The position numbers and the translations under genes were made by a program. Positions 51,092 through 63,645 of a stretch of 64,000 nt of DNA are shown one piece after another. Numbering within the stretch: the first letter of the stretch is position 1; every line of letters begins with the position of its first letter. Origin of the DNA: Octopus vulgaris (taxonomy: Eukaryota); the NCBI GenBank assembly GCA_951406725.2, contig OX597823.1, positions 22,134,001 through 22,198,000 on the forward strand, given 5' to 3'. The notes beneath the pieces are model-generated. The model made no database searches, was not told the origin of the DNA, and saw only the letters and a program-made list of their open reading frames with translations.

Positions 51092-51186
51092 TATGCATAA
51101 ACATATTCACAAACACACACATATATACGAACTTACCTGATACTGTCGAAGAAAAATATCATGTACATGTGTTTATACATATACAA

Positions 51187-51227
<41 letters not shown>

Positions 51228-51871
51228 TACACACAAATACGCGCGCACGCACACACACACACACAGATAGAGATAGACAGATAGATAGATAAATAGATAG
51301 ACAGATATATAGATGGATAGATAGATAGAATGCAATATATTCACACACGCACACTTATAATGTTTAATGGTATGATATTATTTAATGATCTATCGGTGCT
51401 TCAAATTAATTTTAGCTGACGTTTTCTTATATTCTTTATGAGACGATGGCAGTTTGCAACGGTAATGGCGTTCCATCAGTAAAATCTTTGGCACACTGGC
51501 TCTCATCATTTTGCAGAAGATGAGGACCCTGATGGTCCGTAAACATTAATGAAAGTTATAGGGATTTCACTATTTTAAACTGTTTGCAAAGATCTCATAC
51601 AAAATATTACAACACCTCTGTCGGAAAGAAAATTTTACTAGAACGCAGTCGTATTTTTGATTTTTTAAAAATATAAACTGCTTTAAGGAGTAACAAAATG
51701 GATTGCCTCCGATCTCGTTATTTGTTTACATCGAACGCCTCGATACAAAACGTTGTAGCAAAAATCAGTGCTAGCTATAACCTTAACAAAATAATAAAGT
51801 GTTTTCTATATATCTATACACATACACTATTGAGTGCTTAGACACAGGTATTTTGCACGAGTATTTTGCAC

Positions 51872-52101
51872 AGGCGGCGAGCTGGCAGAAACGTTAGCAC
51901 GCCGGGCGAAATGCGCAGCCGTATTTCGTCTGCCGTTATGTTGTGAGTTCAAATTCCGCCGAGGTCGCCTTTGCCTTTCATCCTTTCGGGGTCGATAAAT
52001 TAAATACCAGATACACACTGGGGTCGATGTAATCGACTTAATACCTATGTCTGTCCTTGTTTGTCCCCTCTGTGTTTAGCCCCTTGTGGGTAATAAAGAA
52101 A
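51872..52101 (+). mobile_element. Family B SINE with flanking aggtattttgcacg duplication
   Basis: Full monomer. aggtattttgcacg occurs at 51846 and 52102. Confidence 0.9.
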
Positions 52102-53754
52102 TAGGTATTTTGCACGTATGAAAATACACACCTTTAACAATATGCATATGAGATCTAAAATCATATATGGTTAGGAGACATTAGTGCTTATCTATGAAAA
52201 AATCTATGAAAAAACATCAGGTGTTTATGTATCTTTACATATCTTCTGCTGTTTTGCGATTATTCATTGTCATCTACAGTCATTTTATTTTGCAATTCTA
52301 CATGGTTAACATAGCGTACTTTATTAGCCATAACCTTTCTCCGTAGCTGCTTTCACCTATAGTAAACATATTGTAGAGGTAGGGAGGAGAGGCAATCGAC
52401 TCGAGATGCAGCTGGGAATGTGTACCATTTGCTTATCATGTCAATTAATCAATGCTTGTCTGTCTTTGCTAGAAGCACTGGGGAGTATAACTAAAGTACT
52501 ACAATATCTGGGAATTGAGATATCAGCTGAATAACGAAATAGAGTAAAAGTGCTATCCATCCATCTGCATTAATACACACACATACACACACATATATGT
52601 ATGTACTTATGTATATACATACATATATATAGGCATATATACATACATACACGTACATACGCATTTATATGTATATATATGTGTGTGGGGGTATCTGTGT
52701 ATATGTATGGATGTATACATGTATATGTATAAACAAGTATATAAATATATATATACATAATAATATAAAAAATATATAAATATATGCATATATACATACA
52801 TATATGTACATACCTACATATATATGTATATATATACATGCATATATAGCTACAGGACATTAAAAAACGTTGAACACAATGAGAAACAAAAACATAGAAA
52901 ACGAACTTTTTTCCGAACAACGTAAAAAACAAATAGAGAAACGAAACATGCAACATAAAGAATATTCCCCTTCATCAGTTGTTACTGTTTCATCTACTTC
53001 GCGTTTCGAAGGTAAGGACAATACGCGACTTCGTTGAAACAGTCCTTCCCGCAAAGCAAATTAAATAAAATTTGGGATTTTTTGCGGAGAGTGAAAGTGA
53101 AAAACAAGACAGTAACAACAAACGGTGAGGGCTGTTAAGCCAAGACGATAGAAAAATTATTATGAACACTAGGAGGACGAGCTATGAGAAGAGACATGTA
53201 TAAGCACGTCTTGTCTTTAGGAAGGAAATGGACAGAAAGACGGGTTCCCTTTCGTCACGTGTCGGCGACGAGAGAGTCAAGAAGGAAGAGTGAGAGAGAG
53301 GGAACGGTGAAGGGGAGAGGAGAAGAATAGGCAAGGGTGGGAGAATGTATGTTTGTACATCTGTGTATGTATATGTGTGTATACTATGTATATATACAAA
53401 TAGGTGTTGATACGAATGAGAGAAAATGCAAAAATATTGACTTAGATCTATATTGTTACATGTTTCACCGACATAAGAAGCAGTCTGATCGTTTGAATGG
53501 GATGAGGATGACGATGATAATAATAACAAAAACAACAACAGCGACAACAAAAACAATAATAATAAAGCCCTCCCGTCCAGCGCCCTCCCGACAGTCGTTA
53601 TATACATCAGAGAGTTGTCGATTTATAAGCTCGATCACGTGGCACAAACAGACTAATAAAAACAAGCCTTCCTCATGAAGTGCTCATCAGAAGCCATGGC
53701 TCGTCACCACTCACTACTAACGCATACAAATACATCTGTATATATATATCACGT

Positions 53755-54045
53755 GACCGACCAGACCATCTAATGTTGTTACACATCGCTGGCCACAATG
53801 CGTTCGCATTGTTTTAGCCTTCGAATGACGCCACCCCGCTAGCTAAGCGAGCAGGCCAACAGACAAAAGAGTGGGAGAAAGAGTGGTGAAAGCGTACAGC
53901 AGGGATCACCACCCCCTACCGGAGCGTCGTGGAGCTTTTAGGTGTTTTCGCTCAATAAACACTCACAACGCCCGGTCTGGGAATCGAAACCGCGATCCTA
54001 CGACCGCGAGTCCGCTGCCCTAACCATTGGGCGATTGCGCCTCCA
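53755..54045 (-). mobile_element. Family C SINE
   Basis: Head and body match family C. Confidence 0.85.
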
Positions 54046-54688
54046 CACATATATATATATATTTATAAATGAATGTCAAAAGGACAGGAGTTATATGATC
54101 ACTTTCATTTGCCTATAACTGTTTACTGCTGTAAGAAACTGTGCTTCAGGGATTTGACAACACAACAATATCATATAGCTTTAGCTTCCTGAGAGCCCTT
54201 ACGTGAAATGTTTAGAGGCATCATAAAAATGCATGTGTGTGTGTGTGCTTGCGTATGTGTATCTATAACTATATATGTATATAGCCTACCATTAGCTTTA
54301 CGTTGATTCATCAAGGTGATGGTATGTCTGAATCTATTTAGTTCGTTTGCGTTTAGATTTCAAGGTTATTATTGTAGAGTTCATGTAAAATCTACTTGAT
54401 CTTGGTGACCTGTAAGCTAGTTTACTCTCCAGCAGTTGTCGTGTTGCTCTTTTGCTTCAGGTTGACCCTGTTTCTAATTCTATGATAAACAAAATTGACT
54501 TTGGCTATTACACTTTGCTCAGTTTTAATATATCTTGCACTTTCATACCGAATGCGTTTCATTATTTTAAGACAGTAGGGTGTAATATAATAGAAATTTT
54601 CCTGATATTTGTAACAAGTTAACAAGCCACGTAGAGCTTCACTTGTTGGCTTACTTCTTTTTGTATTTTTGGTACTTCTTAAGGAAAT

Positions 54689-55110
54689 TGCGCATAGCTC
54701 AGAGGTTAGTGCAACGGGCTCACAATCATGAGCCTATCAGTTCGATTCCCAAATCCGGCTGTGTGTTGTATTCTTTTCTTAAGGAAATTGCGCATAGCTC
54801 AGAAGTTAGTGCAACGGGTTCACAATCATGAGCCTGTCAGTTCGATTCCCAAATCCGGCTGTGTGTTGTATTCTTAAGCTATACGCTTTATTTCACATTG
54901 TTCCAGTTCATTCAGCTGTAGAAGTGAGTTGTAACGTCCCTGGTGACAAGCTGTATCGGCATTTACTTTTCCCTTGGACAAGATCGGTGGCGTGGAGAGA
55001 GGAGGCTGGTATGCATGAGCGACTTCTGGTTTCCCTTAAACAACCTTGCCCAGGCTTGCGCCTTGGATAGGAACATTCTAGATGCGACACCATGGTCAAT
55101 CATACCCTTT
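54689..55110 (+). mobile_element. tRNA-derived SINE family D with a 100-bp tandem duplication of the head
   Basis: gcgcatagctcagaRgttagtgcaacgggYtcacaatcatgagcctRtcagttcgattccc occurs twice (54676-54775 and 54776-54875). TSD-like ttaaggaaat recurs at 55111. Confidence 0.7.
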
Positions 55111-55380
55111 TTAAGGAAATATATTAATAGTTTGTTAATGAATAGCATGCAACGAAGTCGTAATCATTGAAGCTGTTATGGTCATGTGCGTAAAGGGTTT
55201 GCTGCTGCTGCAATGTTGATTTAGGTTCTGTAGGGTGTTTGGTTGTTGGGTATAGTATTTTAAATCTGTGTTCTGAGATTGAAAATGGAACGTATGGATT
55301 GTCGATAACAAGGTTGAGTCTTACGAAAAATCTCGATGATGCACACAACATGCGGACGGGTCTGTGTAATGCTGATTTAC

Positions 55381-55576
55381 TCTCTCTTTTACTCTTTTAC
55401 TTGTTTCAGTCATTTGACTGCGGCCATGCTGGAGCACCGCCTTTAGTCGAGCAAATCAACCCCGGGACTTATTCTTTTGTAAGCCCAGTACTTATTCTAT
55501 CGGTCTGTTTTGCCGAACCGCTAAGTGACGGGGACGTAAACACACCAGCATCGGTTGTCAAGCAATGCTAGGGGGA

Positions 55577-55648
<72 letters not shown>

Positions 55649-55821
55649 CATATATATGACAGGCTTCTTTCAGTTTCCGTCTACCAAATCCACTCACAAG
55701 GCTTTGGTCGGCCCGGGGCTACAGCAGAAGACACTTGCCCAAGATGCCACGCAGTGGGACTGAACCCGGAACCATGTGGTTGGTTGGCAAGCTACTTACC
55801 ACACAGCTACTCCTGCGCCTA
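55381..55821 (-). mobile_element. Family A SINE, full length
   Basis: Reverse-complement match to family A. Confidence 0.9.
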
Positions 55822-56239
55822 TTTAGTTAAGTTTTTGTAAGGTTTTTATTCATTTTAAAAAAATTTTGATTACTGATAGTGTAATATAATTATAAGTGCA
55901 AGAAGGTATTGATGAAACTAACGCTTTTAAGCCTTAAGTGTTTTTCATGTTTATTTAGGTGACTTCGTCGTGGCGTGAACCTTTCAGTTTTTGCATTTAT
56001 CTATTGCTTTTGGATATCCCAATCTCATAGAGGATGGGAATTAATTTCACAACGTTAAAGGAACATGTTTCTTGTATTATGTGTTTCAATCTTTGTTGAG
56101 GGTTAAATATTTTTTTGAGATCATTTTATAAAATGTCTTCGAAAAGTAATCTTTCGAATATAATTATTACTGTCAAGTTTTACCACACGAAATATGATGT
56201 TGATTTATCGTTGTTAAAATTACTGTTCCTGATAAAACA

Positions 56240-56405
56240 TTCTTCTTCTTCTTCTTCTTCTTCTTCTTCTTCTTCTTCTTCTTCTTCTTCTTCTTCTTCT
56301 TCTTCTTCTTCTTCTTCTTCTTCTTCTTCTTCTTCTTCTTCTTCTCCTCCTCCTCCCCTATCCTCCTCCTCCTCCTCCTCCTTCTTCTTCCTCTTCTTCC
56401 TTCTG
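56240..56405. repeat. (TTC)n/(TCC)n polypyrimidine microsatellite
   Basis: Directly visible. Confidence 0.95.
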
Positions 56406-56761
56406 CTGATTTTGATATCATTCCTACTTATCAGATTCCTTATTAATTTGAATTTTGCGTCGCAAATTATTTTATAGTGGAATCCAGTTTTTAATGCATC
56501 TAAAATTATTTTGTAGAATAGAATAAAAGTACAAGAATAGTTATATTCCTGATAATAGAGTTTCTTGGGTTTTTGACAAGTTGCCTGTTTTTGGTGCTAA
56601 CAGAATTAGCTCCAACACCAAGTTTACTACAACGACGTCGTTGACACTGTTGCTGTCATTCCTGTTGTTGTTGTAGGTATATTTCGTTCTGCTTCACTGC
56701 TGCTGTTTCTAATTTTCTAATTTTTAAAATCGTTTAAATTTTGTAAAAATATATTAAGAAG

Positions 56762-56813
<52 letters not shown>

Positions 56814-56889
56814 TATTATTTTTAATGAAGATATCTTAGAATTTGTAGGATTAAGTTGGATCCGTTAATTATAGTAATAATAAGAGGAA

Positions 56890-56977
56890 AATAACCTGAG
56901 GATGCACTGGTGTATTTATGTATTAGGTATAGTCTGGTAAATAAACCACCACCGCTGAAACGCGTGTAGCGTTGATT
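56890..56977 (+). ncRNA. Degenerate type I hammerhead motif
   Basis: aauaac CUGAGGA ugc-ac-uggug-uauuuau...guaaaua-aac-cacca-cc-gcu GAAA cgcgug UA gcguugauu. Confidence 0.5.
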
Positions 56978-57695
56978 AATAGTATCTTCTTTCCCCACAG
57001 ACTAATAACAGGTAAAGTATATATATATTTTTTAAATATGTTTAAATAATTTATAATTAATTCTAATGTACTTTCTTCTAATTGTATGTTATAGTAGGCT
57101 TTAAAATACTTATATTATTAGATTAGTATTTTTGATATAATTTCCTATGTGCACTCCAGTAAATAAAGTTGGCCAGAAATTAAAGTTGTGGTCCTTTTGG
57201 TAAAATCCAAAATTTGTAATAATAATATTATAATTGATACTGTTTGTTTGCATTAGTAAAGTGTAAAATAGTAAATATCCTGATAACCTAGAATAATTAT
57301 TATACCCTAAGGTTATATATATATATATCCGAACCCACAAACCACTCTTGCTTTCCACCTCTCGCCTCCCCCACCTCCCAACAAAATCACACCACACTAC
57401 ACCATACAACATTACACATCACAACACACTGACCAATTCTCACCCCCACATTTTCACACATACACGCACACGTCCAGACCACCAGCCCTCTTTCACACGC
57501 ACATACATACTCTCTTATACACACACGCACCTTTGTGTTGGGGGTCATCTTCACTTTGTTATCTCCCCTACTTCTTAGCTCTCCTGTGTGACCCTTCTGT
57601 CCGGTAGTCAGTCGCCATGATAGATCGTTAGCCACTACACACATTTTTTTTCTCCTTGTTTCTCTCCTTGTTTCTCTCCTTGTTTTTCTGTGTCC

Positions 57696-57731
57696 CTTTC
57701 TGTAGAAGAGCGTAGTCTCGAAACGTAAAAG
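57696..57731 (+). ncRNA. Ultra-minimal hammerhead-like motif with non-canonical core
   Basis: cuuu CUGUAGA a gag-cguagu-cuc GAAA cg UA aaag. Stem I CUUU/AAAG, palindromic stem III ACGU. Confidence 0.45.
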
Positions 57732-59343
57732 ACTCTTTCTATTCCTGAGCGTTATACTAATACATCTGTTTGTTTTGTACACCACCTGTCTTCGTCTTTT
57801 TTTTTCGTAACTCTCTCTCTATATATATATATATATACATATGTGTGTATATATATATATACACATATATGAACAATACATGCATAAATACGTATTGTAG
57901 TATGTGCCTGAATATATGGTAAGAGGTATAATACACATGTATTGCAGAGTTTATTACTCTTAGGCTACTTAAAACAAGGTAGGGAGAGACTTGAAGTAAG
58001 CTGTTACGTGACAGAAAATATGGAAAGTTAATTAGTTTTAATTAGGATTACTTCAGTGGTGTCTTAATTTATCAGCACAGATTGAAGTTAGAAATGGCTG
58101 AGAATATTAAATAAGGAGTGTAACATGTAGAGTTAACAATAACGATGCAATTAGAGAGACTGTGATTGCTTCAGGTAAATAGTAAAATAATAAGCCATTG
58201 AATCAGTTAGCGAATAATCTTTCAGTGTTTTAATAGACGCTTATCGAAGTGAAGACACTTGGTAAAGATCTCTGACCTGGTGTTTATATTTACAGCTAGT
58301 TTGTTTAGACTCTTTTCAGAAATGCGTAATTTGTTTGTACGAAGAAAAAAACGCAGAAATACAATTCTTGCATGTTGCTAACATCCGAGTAACTGGTTGA
58401 GTTTTTATAGCCTGTAATAGTCCAGCACCAATTAATATAAACTCTGAGTTTTATGGTTAGGTTCCATTAACGTTTCAAAACATACTCAACATTTTCTCCT
58501 GAAAGACATGATGAAAGCAATGTGTTGTTGCATTATCAAATATTCAGGAAGGGATCATGGAAATGTGATTAAATCCTCACCGCCAGATTTAAGGTCTTTA
58601 ATCGTTAACTCATGGTTAATTTAATAGAATGTTTCATGCATGTTCTGCGTGTGTGTTCTTATTTAGTTGTCTGTTGCTATTAATAAAGCTTCTAGAGCTA
58701 CGAATCCCCAAAAGTGATAACACAATGATACTAGATCATGACATCATCCAGAAGATGAGATTAAGTGAGTCTTGAGACTAAAATTATTTCCTGATAATAT
58801 CATATGCCTAACAAAAATTTGATTATAAATTAACAGATTTATAGGAATTGACATTACAAAGAATAACAAAAATAAGTTGTATTTGAAAGATTATTATCTT
58901 ACAAGACTATTTCATTTGCAATCAAATGTACTGTGGCAGTAATATGAAAGTAGCGCTACATTCACAAAGAAAGTTAAATTGAAATAAAATGCAAATGTAA
59001 ATAGTTGTTTAAACATGAGAAATGACACATTGTAAAAAAGAAAGCCGCCATAATTCAATTGGCGAAAAGATTAAACAGAAATATAAACAATACTGAAATC
59101 ATTTTTCATACATTTATTTTATAATTATTAAGTGTCATTAAAGCTTAAATATTAGTTCATATTTACATTTTTACATTTTTCCTGACTACATAACTTAATA
59201 GACTTCTAGATGACTGATATTATATTCCACAACGACGAACGCAAACTTCCTCTTTATGTACACAAACAACAAACACACTGACACAGACAAATAATCACTG
59301 ACATATATAATGTGTGTGTGTGTGTATATATATTTATTTATTC

Positions 59344-59402
<59 letters not shown>

Positions 59403-59445
59403 TAAATGAAAGAATGGAGTCGAACGAAGATGTTAACAAAATTCC

Positions 59446-59535
59446 TTTACTCTCGACACATGTTTCGAAGACAGCATATTTTCATTCCGAAGGAATAAAG
59501 GGTGCATTATGCAATCTTCTCATCAGGAAAGAAAA
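59446..59535 (-). ncRNA. Type I hammerhead ribozyme motif
   Basis: Minus strand: uuuucuuuc CUGAUGA gaagauugcaua...uaugcugucuuc GAAA caugug UC gagaguaaa. Full canonical core, G10.1-C11.1 pair, GUC cleavage triplet. Confidence 0.8.
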
Positions 59536-59630
59536 TGAGCCTCTCGGTTAAACGAATTTTCTATGTTGACGATAAACATAGGATAATTCATTCACCTACT
59601 TAAATATATATATATGTATATATACATATA

Positions 59631-59713
<83 letters not shown>

Positions 59714-60043
59714 GTATTTATACATACATGGATTGATTGTCTTATTGAAAAAACTAAAACATTCAACAGTTGATTCATGTATAAAAATGTACAAATTTTG
59801 GGAGAAAGAATCAAGCTATATATTTGGAAAAGGTCTCATTATTGTAAAAGTTAAAAGAATGTTTCATGTCATTGAATATTTGCAGCAGAGTAACAAACTC
59901 ATGAAAGATTTTTACATAAAAATAATTCTCCGGCACATGAGAAAATATAATTAGTTTGTTGTTTTTCATGTTAATCAAACATAATTTAAAAATATAGTTC
60001 TCACTTGACTTTTCGGCAACTGTATCCTATATATATATGTATG

Positions 60044-60124
<81 letters not shown>

Positions 60125-60336
60125 GTATATATAACCCTTGATTCAATAGCACTGTGTACAAACTCTATACTTGGAATAACCAATTTTAAATACTATTGGA
60201 TTTTACTCACAAGGTATTAGAATCTTATATATATACCATTCTGCCTAAATAATTGATCTACAAATGAAATATCCCTGCGTATCTCAAATCTATGTTCATT
60301 CCTCCACTTCACTGTTTATCTATTGCTTCTCACACC

Positions 60337-60384
60337 GTCTCCGATGAAGGGATATAATAAATATTCTGGAAATAGCTGTAAGAC
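60337..60384 (+). ncRNA. Minimal type I hammerhead motif (U4C variant)
   Basis: gucu CCGAUGA a gggauau-aauaa-auauucu g GAAA uagcug UA agac. Confidence 0.6.
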
Positions 60385-60450
60385 CTATTTATAAATGTTC
60401 TAAAATCTTCACAGCCTTGGTTTTTTTTTATCTCATTCTGAAAAAAATTA

Positions 60451-60482
<32 letters not shown>

Positions 60483-60485
<3 letters not shown>

Positions 60486-62620
60486 CTTAGAATAACTTAG
60501 AAAGGTTTTTGGCCAGTATTGGCCCAGGCCATGTCTAACTTAATAGCACCACCTGGCGAAGTCTTTCAGTTCAGGATTTGGGCACCAAGGCCCATTCGAG
60601 CAGAGAGTTATTGTTTGCGGAGACATATCCGGGTGTGGATGGTTTGTCCGGTACTGTTTGAAGGAATTTGTCCAAAGACTTCTTGAATTTTGTGTGGTCA
60701 GTTTCTTTTTTGACGTGTCCTGGTGTAATGTTGAAGAGAGCGGGTCCAATTGAGGTGAAATAGTTGTGCCGTATTGTCGTTATGTGATGCGATTTAGATT
60801 TTTGTTGTGGACGGATGGCACGTGGTCCAAGCCTTGGATGCATTTTGAAGGTGATGCCAACATCATTCGGACAGTGCTGATGGAATATTTTCCACATCAT
60901 ACAGATAATGTAGCGTTCACGGCGTCGTTGGAGTGAATACAATTTCAGCTTCTCTAGTCTACCCCAGTAGTCAAGGTCTGACATGCCATCTATCTTTTTT
61001 GTGATTGACCTTTGGGGAGCTTCAATTCTCATAATATTTTGTTTTGTGTAGGGAGACCACAGTGGACAGCAGTATTCAAGGTGGGGTCGGGCAAAAGTGG
61101 AGAAGAGAAGGATAATAGCGTGGGAATCTCTCGACTGGAAGGTTCTGAGAATCCAGGAACACATTCTGCGGGCCATGTCAACTTTGCTGCTTATATGTGT
61201 AGCCCAGCTTATGTTGTTGTCCACTGTTACTCCCAGGTCTCTGATGTTGTTGGATGCCATGAGAATTTCTCCAGAAGGAAGAGAGTATGGGAGTTTCAGA
61301 GCGTCCTCCCTTCCAAAGTGGATCAGTTCGAATTTGTCTTCATTTAGCAACATGTTATTCTTTTCCGCCCATTGGACAACAGCCAGTAGGTCTGACTGAA
61401 GGTTTATTCGGTCATCCACGCCATTGATGACCTTCTGGAGCTTGGAATCATCAGCGAAGGTTCTGATGTTGCTGTGTTTGATGGTGTCAGTAATATCATT
61501 TATGTAGATGATGAAGAGAAGTGGGCCCAACACAGTGCCTTGTGGGACACCACTGCTGACTTTGGCTGGGCTGGATTTGACTCCTTCGACTACAACATGT
61601 TGGGTTCTGTTAGAGAGGAAGCACTTGATCCATTGCAGCAGCTTTCCAGTGACACCAATATTGGACAGCTTTCTCAGAAGGATCTTATGATCAACCCTGT
61701 CAAAGGCCTTGCTGAAATCAAGGTAGATGACATCAGTGTTGGAACCCTCTCCCAAGGCTCTCAAAATGTCATCAAAATGATGCAGTAGCTGCGTCAGGCA
61801 ATCTCTCCCATTACGGAATCCATGCTGGTTGGGGTTCAGCATATTATGACTCTCAAGGAAGTGAGTCATACGCGATCTCAGCACCCTCTCAAATACCTTG
61901 ATGATATGAGAGGTGAGTGAGATTGGACGGTAATTCACGGCAAGCGATTTGTTTCCTTTTTTGAAAACTGGGACAACAGACTGGGATAGAAGGTCTTCTG
62001 GTATATATCCAGCATCCAATGAGTTCCGCCACAGATTGGCTAAAGGGGGTGCAAGTTGGTTTTGACACATCTTCAAGACGCAAGCAGGGAACCTATCGGG
62101 ACCTACTGCTGAATTATGCTTCATTTCCTTTATTGCTGCTAAGACATCAGGAGCGCCAAATGTTATGTCCGATAAAGTGTATTGGGGAGTAACATCACTG
62201 ATACAGCCCAGATCAGTCATATCAGGATTGCTGAAAACAGAGCAATATTGTTTCTGCAATATTTCTCCCATGTTTTTGGCATTGTCTTGAAGAATACCAT
62301 TTTCATCAATCAGAGGGCCAACAGTAGAACCAGTGACTCTGTGTTTTTTTGCAAATGAAAAGAACACTTTGGGATTGAGTTTGATCTTCTCAATGGCCCA
62401 GGCCTCTTCAGCTCTTCGCTGACTATTGATGATAGACATCATGTTGTTTTGGAGTTTATGTTTTTTAATCTCTAGCGACGAGATGGCAGTCAGGTTGGTG
62501 TGTTGCTGTTGACAGTATTTCAGCATGTTGATCTTTTTGTTGATTCTTTTAATTTTCCTTATGAGAGATTTTCTATTTCTAGGGATTCGACACTTAGATT
62601 TGTTTGCAGATCTTAATGGG
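60483..62620 (-). mobile_element. Young 5'-truncated CR1-like LINE
   Basis: Unbroken ORF, short 3'UTR and a tandem-repeat tail (ttctaagtta). The 5' end abuts a microsatellite. Confidence 0.93.
60571..62620 (-). CDS. LINE ORF2 reverse transcriptase (CR1-like), lacking the N-terminal AP endonuclease
   Basis: NYRPISLTS, QHGFR, YLDFSKAFDRV, SGVPQGTVLGPLLF, FADD, RDLGV, RPHLEYC and LYSLQRRRER. The first ~15 aa of the listed ORF come from the microsatellite. Confidence 0.92.
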
Positions 62621-63645
62621 GTATGTATGTATGCACACACGCACTCACACACTGAAACACACACACATAAATCAAAATATACAATATTATCGATAAATTT
62701 TAACTGATCTTCGCAATCGTTTTTCTACTCTATATGTGTGTATGTGTTTGTGTGTGTGTGTGTGTGTAGATGTTGTGTGTTACCTGTGTCACATGGTAAA
62801 TAACTGCCGCATGGTGCGTAACACTGTATTGTCACATTAGGATAATTTTCGGTTAATTTACGCTAATTAAGTAGAAGGTAAATCAGTTTAACGAACAACT
62901 GAAATTGCATTGTCAAAGGACGGAAACACACCAAATATATGTATACATATATGCATACGTACATACATACATACATACATACATACATACATGCATACAC
63001 ACATACATACATACATGCACACACATGTACATATATATATATATATATATACATACAAACTGAGTTCCTGGTCTTTGACAAGGAGGTTATATGTAGATAT
63101 TTACATACATATACATATATATACATGTATATATACATATATATACACACAAAGCAAAACATCTGGCATCATGCTCGAACATTTAATACATAATTTATTA
63201 TAAACACATAGTGTAGGGTAGTTATAATAAATACGACTAGATGCTTAGCTGTTCTAGAAACAGCCGTAGGAGGCTTTACGTATTTACTACAAATACTCTG
63301 CATTATGTTTATATTATAAGCATTCTACTTAAACTGATGAATTATGTGTGTTATTTACATAGATAAATGCATTACGAGGATTTATGGCTTTGAAACAGCT
63401 GTTCATTACACTTAAATTAAGAACTCTATGTGACATTATGGTATTCACCTTTTTTCATACGAAAACTGCTCTTTATGCTCATTTTATTCGATTTTGTATA
63501 TACATGCAACTTAATTCTACTATGATTTACTGCACTGTGATCAGGTATCGAGGATTAACGATGTGCTATCAATTGCTTTCTTAATTACATTGGATATGCT
63601 TTTTATATTTGGACGTCAGTTCTATATATATATATATATATATAT

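Noticed and set aside
54105-54155. Minus-strand CUGAAGC...UAAACAGUUAUA hammerhead-like relic
   Set aside because: Both core boxes are mutated; indistinguishable from chance.
61012-61788. Plus-strand ORFs within the LINE
   Set aside because: Antisense shadows of the RT ORF.
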